NCBI GenBank assembly: GCA_002104945.1
Contig: MCFH01000004.1
Location: 1,116,001-1,180,000 of the forward strand
DNA: 64,000 nucleotides
DNA from: Piromyces finnis finn
Taxonomy: Eukaryota; Fungi; Neocallimastigomycota
Reading direction: 5' to 3'
Shown: piece by piece, positions 48,671-59,663 of the stretch
How the letters are laid out: the number at the start of each line of letters is the position of its first letter
Numbering within the stretch: the first letter of the stretch is position 1
Notes under the pieces: generated by a model
Databases searched by the model: none
What the model saw: the letters and a program-made list of their open reading frames with translations, nothing else
Told to the model about the DNA's origin: nothing
Made by a program: the position numbers and the translations under genes

Positions 48671-50173
48671 ATGAAATTTAATTCAATTTTAAAGTTAACT
48701 ACAGCTGTTATTGCTGCTTCTTCAGTTAATGCCTATGAATCTCTTAAGTCAAAGGCCGGTAATTTCAGAATTGGTGTAGCTACTAGTTCTAATAAATTCA
48801 ATAACGCTGGTTACTCTCAAGCTATGGCTAATTTCAACTATATGGTTGCTGAAAATGCATGTAAAATGGTTGGTATTCAACCACAACAAGGAAAGTACGA
48901 TTTTAGCCAATGTGATGCTCACTACAATAAAGCCAAAGAATTAGGAATGGCTTTCCGTGGTCATTGTTTAGTTTGGCACTCTATGCCACCAAGTTGGTTT
49001 GAAAATTTAAAGGGTGATGCATTAAAGAATGCAATGGTAGATCACATTAACAAGACTTTAAAGTATTATGAAGGTAAGATTGATTCCTGGGATGTTGTAA
49101 ATGAAGCTATTGATGATTCTTCCAATGGTCCACAATGGAAGATGCGCCCATCCTTCCTTTATCAAAATATTCCAGATTTCGTTGATCTTGCCTTTAAGAC
49201 AGCTCGTGCTGCTTCTTCAACTACCAAACTTTTCTACAATGATTATAATACTGAAGGTATTTATGGTAAATCTGAAGCTGTATTTAACTTTGTTAAGGAT
49301 ATGAAATCTCGTAATATTCCAATCGATGGTGTTGGTCTTCAATACCACGTTTCTACTCAATCTTTCCCACAATATGAAAAGATTAATGATTTAATTGGTC
49401 GCTACTGTCAACTTGGTTTAGAAGTTCACATTACTGAAATGGATGTTAAGTCTGGAGGTAATGCTAGTGGACAAGCCAAGGTTTACTCTGAAGCCCTTAA
49501 AGCTTGTTTAAGCAACTCATGTTGTAAGGCTTTCTTAGTTTGGGGTGTTGGTGATAACGATAGTTGGTTAGGTGCTAATGAAGCTGGTTTACTTTTCGAT
49601 AGCAATTATCAACCAAAGGCTGCATACAATGCTTTAATTGAAACTTTAGGTGGTGGTGTTCCAGCTGGTAATACTAATTCAGCTCCAGTAATTAATAATA
49701 CACCATCAAATGATGCTCCAGCTAACAATAATCAAGGTGCTAACTTTGATCAAGGTAATCAAGGCGGTAATCCATGGGGTGGTAACCAAGGCGGTAATCC
49801 ATGGGATCAAGGTAACCAAGGCGGTAATCCATGGGGTGGTAACCAAGGTGGTAATCCATGGGGTGGTAACCAAGGTGGTAATCCATGGGATCAAGGTAAC
49901 CAAGGTGGTAATCCATGGGGTGGCAACCAAGGTGGTAATCCATGGGGTGGTAACCAAGGTGGTAATCCATGGGATCAAGGAAACCAAGGTGGTAATCCAT
50001 GGGGTCAATGGGCTGCTCCACCATCTAATTCAGCAGTTGCTTCACCAGATGCCAATAATGGTAATTGTGCTGGACCATGGGCTCAATGCGGTGGTCAAGG
50101 ATTCAATGGTCCAACTTGTTGCCAACAAGGTTCCTGTAAGAAAATCAATGAATACTATTCTCAATGTCAATAA
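48671..50173 (+). CDS. Secreted GH10 endo-xylanase + GGNPW-repeat linker + CBM1, intronless
   Basis: [15 protein letters not shown] (acid/base Glu), [16 protein letters not shown] and VHITEMDV (nucleophile Glu) motifs, plus a C-terminal CBM1. Confidence 0.95.
   Translation: MKFNSILKLTTAVIAASSVNAYESLKSKAGNFRIGVATSSNKFNNAGYSQAMANFNYMVAENACKMVGIQPQQGKYDFSQCDAHYNKAKELGMAFRGHCLVWHSMPPSWFENLKGDALKNAMVDHINKTLKYYEGKIDSWDVVNEAIDDSSNGPQWKMRPSFLYQNIPDFVDLAFKTARAASSTTKLFYNDYNTEGIYGKSEAVFNFVKDMKSRNIPIDGVGLQYHVSTQSFPQYEKINDLIGRYCQLGLEVHITEMDVKSGGNASGQAKVYSEALKACLSNSCCKAFLVWGVGDNDSWLGANEAGLLFDSNYQPKAAYNALIETLGGGVPAGNTNSAPVINNTPSNDAPANNNQGANFDQGNQGGNPWGGNQGGNPWDQGNQGGNPWGGNQGGNPWGGNQGGNPWDQGNQGGNPWGGNQGGNPWGGNQGGNPWDQGNQGGNPWGQWAAPPSNSAVASPDANNGNCAGPWAQCGGQGFNGPTCCQQGSCKKINEYYSQCQ
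49748..50002 (+). repeat. 9 x (GGNQ or DQGNQ)GGNPW coding repeat
   Basis: Counted from the translation. Confidence 0.95.
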
Positions 50174-50287
50174 ATTGAGAGAAGAGTATTTTAAATAATT
50201 CTTTTTTTAATCTCACTAATATATTAATAATATATGTATAATATTTTTATTGAACTTATTATAATTTAATAGTTGTATACAATAGTT

Positions 50288-50635
50288 GTAATATGTATAC
50301 ATAAAACTAAAATTATTATTTTTTACTATCTTTTTAATAAAATTATTAATGATTTAAAAAAAATGACAATGGAGTGTTTAAATACTATTATTTATGTTGT
50401 AAGATTTAGAATTGTGTGATTTGGGATTACTCATTTGAGAGATATGTGTAAGTTTATGAAAAATTTTTTAATGAAATATAAGGATAAGAATTAAAAGAAT
50501 TAAAAAAATATAGCATGGTATGTATACAGTAATATGTATACATAAAACTAAAATTATTATTTTTTACTATCTTTTTAATAAAATTATTAATGATTTAAAA
50601 AAAATGACAATGGAGTGTTTAAATACTATTATTTA
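50288..50635. repeat. Tandem duplication of the LINE target region (A-B-A, with the second B after the LINE at 56382-56511)
   Basis: A = 50288-50394 = 50529-50635 and B = 50395-50524 = 56382-56511. Copies appear identical by eye. Confidence 0.9.
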
Positions 50636-50881
50636 CCTCTTGGGAACGTGCCTTCATTTATTTAATAAATGTAGTTTCTCAAGGGGGTCTACTCATGCTC
50701 ATGGTACTGAGAGAGTAGAAAGAATTAAATCCAAGTATTGCGCAATGGATGCTTGGTGCCCTCTTAGGAATGTGCCTTCATTTATTTAATAAATGTAATT
50801 TCTCAAGGGGGTCTACTCATGCTCATGGTACTGAGAGAGTAGAAAGAATTAAATCCAAGCATTGCGCAATGGATGCTTGGT
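50636..50881 (+). repeat. Two tandem 124-bp-period structured monomers at the LINE 5' end
   Basis: Units start at 50636 and 50760 and differ at 4 positions. Each folds into three hairpins. Confidence 0.9.
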
Positions 50882-51534
50882 TAGTCTTCAAGGGAAAATT
50901 ATTAGGACTAAGCTCATGGTACTGAGCGATTAAAAAACATTTTATTCATCAAATTTAAGTATTTGATGAATAAGTGAATGTTTGATTTTTCAGGTAAGTT
51001 TGTATAGTATTTAATTAGAAGAGTAATACATTTTGTTGCTGTATTTTTTCTTTTATTCATGTATTCATGTAGTACTACTCTTCTCTTGTAAGAATCCAAT
51101 GTAGTCAACTTTAGCATTTGCATTGTACTTTTATATTCATGTAGCTATTGTTGTATTGTTTCTTGTAAGAGACTGATTCACTCTACATCATGTAAAAATA
51201 CTATTCACAAGCTTTCTGGTGTCAACATTCTTGATTCAAATTTTTTACCAATTTAAATATTTAATGAAAAGTAAAGTCAAACAAGTTTAGTGTCAAAAAG
51301 CGATTCGAATTTACTAACAACAAACCAAACTAGAATTTTTAAAGAAAATTTACAACTAGAATTCAAAAAAAGAAACTTTAAACTTTAAACAAAGCATCGT
51401 AACAATTTTTGTACTATCCAGAACTTTTAAGAAGAAAGAGAGAGACAGATTTTTTTTTTTCCATATACGTTATATTTATAATTTTTATTAGTATTTATTT
51501 TATATTCAATATTTTTTAATTAGAATTAATTATC

Positions 51535-54500
51535 ATGTCAGTCCTTTATATTAAAGATAAGAATTATATCAGACGTGGTACCCGGTCTTATGGTATCCCC
51601 TTAGATGATATTCGCTCCTTCTTTATCCGTGGTATTCGATCATGGTCAGTAAATATGCTATGGGAAAAACTTGAGGTTATTCTAGAAGATAAATTTAATT
51701 CAGTTATTAGTGTTAAATATTTTCAAACTTTCAATGATCACTTTTTCTTAGTCAAGGTTCATGGTTCATCAAAAGATTGTATTAAAATCTTACACTTGTT
51801 AAAGAAGAAACTTTCAGTTACCTCAGTTTCCTTTTCAGCTCGTAGTAGAAGGAATCACAAATACACTTTTTCCACTCTCAAACGTAAAATTTTAGTTTCT
51901 AATAAACATCAACATTCTATTCAACAATCATTTCAACAATCAGTTCAACAATCAGTTCAACAATCTCATCAACAATCCGATCTTCAACAAGATCTTCAAC
52001 AAGTTTTCCATCATGAAAATATTCCAGATCTACAGCAAACACAATTTCAATCTCAACATTCAACAATTAATTCTAATAGTTCTATCAACTCTGATAACAG
52101 TTCAATAGTTGATAGTTCTTCAGTTTCACAGCCATCTAGTAATAGTTCTACTTATTCCTCTGATGCATCATCCATTAATAACGATGACTTTAATAATAAT
52201 AATAATAGCAACGATTCTTCCTCATCCAACAAGCCTGATAACTTTTCTTTTTGTCTTAGTTGGAACACCAATGGGTGGAATCACGAAAAGAGAGATAGTA
52301 TCAGCTATTTCACAGCTATTTTCAAACCATTATTTTTATGTTTCCAAGAAACTGGTAATGGTTCTGGATCGAATACAGATTATCCTTGTCGTGTTACTTT
52401 GCGAAACTATAGACACTTTTTCAAGAAAGCTGACGAATCAGTTCCTGGAATGAGAGGTTTATATTTAGGTTTTCACAATTCATGTCAAGCCTCACTTGAA
52501 AACTTCTCTGGAAAGTATATTATTTCTATTTATACTTTTAGTCTCTGGAATAGATTCAAATGCTCGATTGGAAATGTTTATATGCCTCATAGTCATCACA
52601 ACATCTATGTTGATCATGCAAAGTTAGAAGTTCGCTTGTGGTTACAAACTCATTCATCCCATCCATCGATTCTTGTTGGTGATTTTAATATGTCTAAAGT
52701 AAAATTATCCAACTGGTTATCAACTAATGGATTAGGAGATTGGGAAATTCTTCCGCTTAGAGGGTCGACTATCTCTTGGACTCGAGGTGATCAATCTTCC
52801 GACATTGACCATGCTCTTATCAATTCGAAGATGAAAGATCTTATTCACTCAGGATCATTTATAAATAATTTTTATCCAGTATCAGACCATAAGCCACTTC
52901 TTATTAATGGTAAAATTATTCCTATGGAAGATTTTTCTAATGACTTTAATGTTCCTAAGAAAATTCTGAAATGGAATAGAGTAAAATGTATTGAGGAAAA
53001 GGAATCTATTCTCAGTCATAATAAATTCCAAATACTTTCAGCAAAATTCAACGATCCTAATGTTTCAACAGATGAACTTTCCAAAGAGTTTACTTCAACT
53101 GCTTTTTCAATTGCAGACGAGCTCAGTATTACCTCAGCAAATAATGTTATAAAGTCTTCATTTCATATTTCACAACAAATTTTTAATCTTCAAAAAATCA
53201 AAATGAAGTTGTATAAGAGATTTAAAAAAGAAAGAATTTATGATATAGATGAATTTATTAAACGAATTAAAATCTACCGTAAGCTCATTGATTACATCCA
53301 CAAAAGATGTAATGAATTTAGGAAACAAGAATATCTTCATTGGATTAAAACAGGATGTGAGTATATGAAGAGTCATAATCCTAAGAAGGCCTGGAAATGG
53401 ATCAAGAAAACTGCAAAAATTGGAAAAGATTCTTTCTTTATTGCTCAACCAATTAAAAATAAAAATGGAGAATTAGTTGTTGCTACGGAAGAACAACTAG
53501 ATGTGTGGCATGATCATTTCGAAAATCTTGCATCAGACCCAAGTGGTGTAAGTCTTGATTTGGAGCATTGGTATGAAGAACCAACGAATAAACGTTTTTC
53601 ACTTCCTATGCTTGATGAGTGGGATATCAACCAAAATATTAGTATTGATGAAGTCAAGTCAGCTATCCTCACTACTCCAAATTATAAAGCATCAGGTCCG
53701 GATGGTATTCCAATTGAATTTTACAAAGCATTAGTTCCATCAAGTAATGATTCTAATAATGCTACAGATAATAATTCTTCTGGTAATACTACTTCAGATA
53801 ATGATGCTCATGGTTTAAATTTTATTCTTAAATTATTCAACCGTATTTGGGATGGAGATTTCCCCAACTCATGGAATGAATCCAGTATTGTTTCTATTCC
53901 TAAGAAGGGTGATTTGACAGATTGTGATAACTATCGAGGTATATCACTTATCAATAATGGTATTAAGTTGATTTCCAAAATTGTCACCACTAGAATCTCA
54001 GAATATGGTTTAAAGAATAATTTCATTAGACCTGAACAATTTGGTTTTCGAAAAAAGGAAGAAAGTATCAGTCTTTTCATCTCAATCCAAGAAATATGCC
54101 GTAGACGTCAATTAGATAATAAAGAGACATATTTGGCCTTTTTAGATCTCAGGAAAGCATACGATTCAGTCCCAATCGGTAATATTCTCCATAAATTAGA
54201 TTGTTTAGGAATCCGAGGTAAGAGTTTACAATTCATCAAAAATTTATATTTAACATCTAAGGCTAATGTCAAATTAGATGGACAATTCTCGAAATCTTTT
54301 GATGTGAAGAAAGGAGTCCGTCAAGGATGCCCTCTTTCTCCTATTCTCTTTAATCTCTTTATTAATGATATATTTAGAGAGTGCGAAGATCTAGGAGTCA
54401 GTTTAGGTGACACTCGATGCTGTGGTGGACTTTTTGCAGATGATATAGTTATTTGTGCTCCAACAAGAGGATGCTTAAAAAAGATGCTTAGAAGAGTTAA

Positions 54501-56088
54501 TGAATGGGCCTTGTATAATGAAATGGAATTTGGTATCCAGAAATGTTCAACGATGGTGATTCGTCCTGAATCAATAGAAAATCAGATCAAGAGAGATCCA
54601 ACATTTTACTTAGCAGGACAACCCATTCCAACTACTGATTGTTATACTTATCTTGGTGTTCCATTTGATAAGAATCTGTCCCTTAAACCAGTAATTAAAG
54701 TTCTTAATAACAAGGTTTTGAAAGGACTTTTTTCAGTCAGTAAATTCTTAAGAAATCCTAATATTCCTATTCCCTTCAAAAAGCTAGTACTTAACTCACA
54801 AGTGATTAGCAGAGTTTCATACTTTGCACCATTACTTGGATCCAACAAAGCTAGGTCTAGGATTGCTCAGAAGCATGTTAACAAAGGAATACGATGGGTT
54901 GCCGGAGTTCATAAAGCTGTATCGTTTATATCTTTATACTCTATCTCAAAAGATTTGAATATTCCTCCATTGTCAGCCAAATGTGCTTTAGCTCAGGTTA
55001 GATGTTTTAACAAATGGAAAAACTCAAATTGTATTATCTCACACCTTGTCAATTACATTCCTAAATTTAGAAAATACACGTGGTGCAAATCAAGTAGGAC
55101 ACTTGATAAAAAACTAAAGAAACATGGAGATGTTAAAGCAGTTAAAAACTTTTATTGGAAAGATCTCAAAGGGAATTCAATCAAAGCGCAATATTATGAT
55201 GATAATAAATTTAGTGAAACTAAAGATTTTATTAAATTATGTTATGAGTACCCAGAGTTTGCCTATGGCTTCTACTGGCTATTGAAAGCAAGAAGCGGAT
55301 ACAAGTTGGATGCTAGAGTTGCCAAAGCTGCTAAATTTGTTGATCCAGTTTGTCCTAACTACTGTCCATGTTGCAAGTGTGGAGATCAAAGTATTAAACA
55401 TTGGTTATTAGATTGTCCAACATTTAGAGATATCCGTATTAAACATTATGATTCCATAGTCCAGCTATTAAATTTTTTCAGTCAACGTAATTTCAATAGT
55501 CCTATCAATAATAATGAAATTGATAATGTCAGTAGAGATAGCAATAACAGTAATAGTAATAGTAACAATAATAATAATAACAATAGTAATAATAACAATA
55601 GTAATAATAACAATAGTAGTAATAGTAATAATAGAAATAGTAATAATAACAATAGTAGTAATAGAAATAATAATATTAATAATGATAGAAATAGTGAAGA
55701 TAATAATTCTAATTTAGATAGTAATTTAGTTAATGATAGTAATAGTTCTAATAATCCGGTGAATATTAATGTGTATGATTATTCTAGTGTGTGCAGTAAA
55801 ATATTTAAATTCCTTCTTGGGGGAAGAAGTTTTAACAATATTAATTACAATTCAAGGGAATGGAAAGAACTTTGTAAGCGTCAGATTCAATCTGGTACTA
55901 ATGAAGGAGCACCATTCTTGACGGTAAACGCGGAACTTCTAACCAAAATCATGCCTTTTGCTATTGGCCAGCAATGGTCAATGTTCAAAAGGTTTGAAGC
56001 AACATCCAAGAGCGTCAATGCTGAAGAAACAGTAAGACAGGCCAGGAGGGCCAGCGCAACCAATGGAGATCATAATTTTGTTCCATGA
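51535..56088 (+). CDS. LINE polyprotein: putative RRM-like N-terminus, APE endonuclease, reverse transcriptase, CCHC zinc finger
   Basis: APE motifs SWNTNG, FQET, VGDFN, DIDH, SDH. RT motifs GPDGIP, YRGISL, FLDLRKAYDSV, GVRQGCPLSP, LFADD, YLG. Zinc finger C-x2-C-x8-H-x4-C. No stops. Confidence 0.95.
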   Translation: MSVLYIKDKNYIRRGTRSYGIPLDDIRSFFIRGIRSWSVNMLWEKLEVILEDKFNSVISVKYFQTFNDHFFLVKVHGSSKDCIKILHLLKKKLSVTSVSFSARSRRNHKYTFSTLKRKILVSNKHQHSIQQSFQQSVQQSVQQSHQQSDLQQDLQQVFHHENIPDLQQTQFQSQHSTINSNSSINSDNSSIVDSSSVSQPSSNSSTYSSDASSINNDDFNNNNNSNDSSSSNKPDNFSFCLSWNTNGWNHEKRDSISYFTAIFKPLFLCFQETGNGSGSNTDYPCRVTLRNYRHFFKKADESVPGMRGLYLGFHNSCQASLENFSGKYIISIYTFSLWNRFKCSIGNVYMPHSHHNIYVDHAKLEVRLWLQTHSSHPSILVGDFNMSKVKLSNWLSTNGLGDWEILPLRGSTISWTRGDQSSDIDHALINSKMKDLIHSGSFINNFYPVSDHKPLLINGKIIPMEDFSNDFNVPKKILKWNRVKCIEEKESILSHNKFQILSAKFNDPNVSTDELSKEFTSTAFSIADELSITSANNVIKSSFHISQQIFNLQKIKMKLYKRFKKERIYDIDEFIKRIKIYRKLIDYIHKRCNEFRKQEYLHWIKTGCEYMKSHNPKKAWKWIKKTAKIGKDSFFIAQPIKNKNGELVVATEEQLDVWHDHFENLASDPSGVSLDLEHWYEEPTNKRFSLPMLDEWDINQNISIDEVKSAILTTPNYKASGPDGIPIEFYKALVPSSNDSNNATDNNSSGNTTSDNDAHGLNFILKLFNRIWDGDFPNSWNESSIVSIPKKGDLTDCDNYRGISLINNGIKLISKIVTTRISEYGLKNNFIRPEQFGFRKKEESISLFISIQEICRRRQLDNKETYLAFLDLRKAYDSVPIGNILHKLDCLGIRGKSLQFIKNLYLTSKANVKLDGQFSKSFDVKKGVRQGCPLSPILFNLFINDIFRECEDLGVSLGDTRCCGGLFADDIVICAPTRGCLKKMLRRVNEWALYNEMEFGIQKCSTMVIRPESIENQIKRDPTFYLAGQPIPTTDCYTYLGVPFDKNLSLKPVIKVLNNKVLKGLFSVSKFLRNPNIPIPFKKLVLNSQVISRVSYFAPLLGSNKARSRIAQKHVNKGIRWVAGVHKAVSFISLYSISKDLNIPPLSAKCALAQVRCFNKWKNSNCIISHLVNYIPKFRKYTWCKSSRTLDKKLKKHGDVKAVKNFYWKDLKGNSIKAQYYDDNKFSETKDFIKLCYEYPEFAYGFYWLLKARSGYKLDARVAKAAKFVDPVCPNYCPCCKCGDQSIKHWLLDCPTFRDIRIKHYDSIVQLLNFFSQRNFNSPINNNEIDNVSRDSNNSNSNSNNNNNNNSNNNNSNNNNSSNSNNRNSNNNNSSNRNNNINNDRNSEDNNSNLDSNLVNDSNSSNNPVNINVYDYSSVCSKIFKFLLGGRSFNNINYNSREWKELCKRQIQSGTNEGAPFLTVNAELLTKIMPFAIGQQWSMFKRFEATSKSVNAEETVRQARRASATNGDHNFVP

Positions 56089-56324
56089 CAAAATTTTGAT
56101 CTTTGGCTCGGTGTCCCATTGGAAGTCAAATACAATTATTATACTTTAGTATGATAGTGGCTTTCTTACTTTAATTAAAATTACTAGAATACATTATACC
56201 CAATTTTTATTCATTTGTGTTTATTTAAACATATTTTTTTTTTATTTTTATTTATTTTTAATTTTTTATTACATGTATTATAATTTTAATTAAATTAATA
56301 ATAAAGTTTAAAATATTTGATGCC

Positions 56325-56372
<48 letters not shown>

Positions 56373-56536
56373 TATTATTTATGTTGTAAGATTTAGAATT
56401 GTGTGATTTGGGATTACTCATTTGAGAGATATGTGTAAGTTTATGAAAAATTTTTTAATGAAATATAAGGATAAGAATTAAAAGAATTAAAAAAATATAG
56501 CATGGTATGTAATATTTAGAAAAAATATAAAAATAA

Positions 56537-56537
56537 T

Positions 56538-56592
<55 letters not shown>

Positions 56593-56593
56593 T
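56537..56593. repeat. (TTTA)n microsatellite
   Basis: Tandem array. Confidence 0.9.
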
Positions 56594-57889
56594 TGATAGA
56601 ATATGAGGAATTACTAATACATGTAATATATTAATGTATGTTTGTGTGAAATGGTGCAAGCCACGCTATATTATATAAATATTACCTGCATCGCAATAAG
56701 CTTTTTTAATATTAAATGAAGTTTATATAATTAATTAAGATCACAAACAAGTACTAGATTCTAATATTTATTTATTTTTTTATTCATTCTTCATTTATTT
56801 CAACTTTGAAATAAAAAATACTATAATCAAAAATTTATTTATAGTTCTAAATAAAATTGTTAAAAATAATATATATTAAATAAAGTTTTAAATAAATTTT
56901 CTTTTTCTCCTTTTTTTTTTTTGCTTGTGTAGCTTAAGCAAATAGTAATAAATAATCAAAATATTGATTTGCATAATTTCAAAAAGCCGTTTATAAAATA
57001 ATAATAATATATTTATATCTAAAATTTTAATACATATTTAAGAATGAAATGATTATATAATTTTCTTTATTTCATTGAATACTTATATATTCAACTTTGT
57101 TATAGTAAAATAAAAGTAACTTAATCTTCAAATTTTATTATTTAAAAGGGTGTAGTATTTAATGTTGATATGTAAAAAGATTTTTCATTTACCACTATCA
57201 AATTTTTAAAATTTTTCTCCACTTATTACCAAACATAAATATATATATATAAACTATTAGATAATTGGATGATTTAATGGATTTATTGGCAATTGTATCA
57301 ACATTTTATGAGAAAAATAAATTAAATAGAAAAATGAAATATGAATTTTTTAAAAAAAGTTTTATCTTTTAATGTAATTTTATTCTATTTAAAATTAATT
57401 CAATCACTAATGGAGTATTAAAAGAGAAAAGAGAAAAAAGAAAAAAATTGATAAAATTATTATAATATATTATAAAATATAAGTTTGGTAAAATGGTTAT
57501 ATTTCATAATAATATAATATATAAATTTCCCATTTTTATAATTAACAATAATTTTTAAAATTTTTCGTATAATTTATACCTACTAAAATGAAAAAAAAAA
57601 TTTTAAAATTGTTTTTGTGTAAATTTAATAAAAAAAATTTTTTTTTTCTAGAACTTTATATGTTATTAAATTTCATGACTATCATAAAATTCATATCCTC
57701 CCCAATAAGTTAATAAATGAATAATTTATATATTTTAAGAGAAGAAGAAATATAAATAAATCTTGAATTTCTTTTTTTATATCTTCCATCTTGTTTTTTT
57801 TTTTTTTTTTTGTTTTTTTTTTGTTCTTGCTAAATATAATAATATAAAATTTATTTTTATATTAATACATTTTAGTTAAAGATAAAAAA

Positions 57890-59629
57890 ATGTTAAAAAA
57901 ACTTATAACAGTATTATTAGCAGGTAATATAAAATTTAATATTAAAAGTATCAAAAAATATTATATTAATAAAAAAAATAAAAAAGAAAGATAATATAAT
58001 AATATAAATCCAAATTTATATATACTTTAATTGATTTAATTTTATAATATAATATGTATATACATTTACATTTTATATATGATATTATTATAGTTTACTG
58101 CGTATCCGCAAAGAGTGACTTCATAGGCTCTGGAAGAAAAAGACCAGAACTTTTCGAATTGACTGATAATGAAGTTGCTGAATTTAGATTGACTATTCCT
58201 GAAGTTGAATTCGATGATTTAAAAGAACAATCTAAGTAGGGAATGGGAGGTCCACAAGATAATTTTAAAGTAAAACGTCAAGAAGGTGGGTTCCCAGGGG
58301 ATGGTGAATTTCAAGGTGAATTTGGTGACGATTTTGTATTTGACTTTGGTTCAAATATGTCTTCTTTCAAGACAAAAAATGGTAAATTAACCGTAAAATT
58401 AAATGGTAAAGAAAAAAATTTTAATAAAATTACTTTTTCTAGAGGAGGTACTTCTTCCCGTGAATTCGGTAAGCAAGGTTACAATTTCAAAATTCGTGGT
58501 GATAAAAATTTATATGGTCGTACTCAATTTAGACTCCGTCCAGACGCTCGTGAAGCTACCTTTTTAAGATCAAAATTAATGTGTGATATGCACAATCGTT
58601 TAGGTATTCCTTCAATTTCTGCTAATTATGCTACATTCTATATTAACGAAGAATTTATGGGATTCTATGTTTTAATGGATTCAATTAAATTATCATGGAT
58701 TGAAAGTGAATTTAATGATCCAGAAACTACCTCTTTATATGAATGTGGCAAAATGAATAATGATTTAACTGAAAAAGTATCTTCAAAGGGATGCACAAAT
58801 GAAAATGAGGATTATACTGATAAAACTGAATGGATTAATTTCTTAAGACGTTTAGATGCTGCACAAACCCCAGAAGATATTGAAGATATTTTTGATATTG
58901 ATTTATTTTTAAAGGAAATGGCTTTTGAATATTTGTCTGGTTCATGGGATCATTACCTTAACTTTGGTCATAACTTCTTTATGTACAAATCAAAGAATAA
59001 TAATAAATGGATGTATTTAACCTACGATTTTGATGCTGAACTTGGTCAAGATATTGCTATGGGTATTAAGGGTATGGATTTCACTGGTCAAAAAGAAATC
59101 ACCAATAGAGATTTTCCAACTTATACTATGGAAGAAATGATGAGATCCCGTCATCTTGTTGATATCTTAATTTTAAATAACTCTACCAGATACGATAATA
59201 TTCTTAAAGGTATGGTTACTGAAGTTTTTAATCCAGCTACCCTTTTCCCACATATTGATAAGTTGAAAGGATTTATTCGCCCATATGTTGAATTAGATAA
59301 ATCCAAATGAAAATGGTAAATATCCAGGAAGATTATGTGAAAAATTAGGTGACTATAGTTTAGCTCAATGGGATGCTAATTGTGAATTTACTAGAGTCAA
59401 AAGTACTCAAGGTAGTTCTGGTTATGGTTTAAAGTATTGGATTCTTGCCAAGTACAGAATTATTTGTAAAAAATACAACATGGAATGTGATGCAAAATAT
59501 ATGGATGAAAATTATCAATACCCTATTAATGAAGAAATTCATGTTTTAAATGATGATGACTTCTTTAAACCATTTATCCCAGAAGAATCCGTAACTTCCA
59601 TTATTGAAGATACTATCATTACCACTACC

Positions 59630-59663
<34 letters not shown>

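Larger units (their letters stand above)
50636..56369 (+). mobile_element. Full-length APE-type non-LTR retrotransposon (LINE), single ORF, poly(A) tail
   Basis: 15-bp TSD AAATACTATTATTTA (50621-50635 and 56367-56381, where the AAA overlaps the tail). About 0.9-kb 5'UTR, 1517-aa ORF, (A)42 tail preceded by GTT. Confidence 0.95.

Noticed and set aside
50636-50927. CRISPR-like or LTR interpretation of the repeats
   Set aside because: There are no unique spacers or cas genes, the context is eukaryotic, and the repeat is absent from the 3' end, which has poly(A).
56049-56122. HDV-like ribozyme call for the LINE 3' pseudoknot
   Set aside because: P3 would be 15 bp instead of about 3, and there is no P4 or J4/2 catalytic C context. 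It is kept only as a generic pseudoknot.
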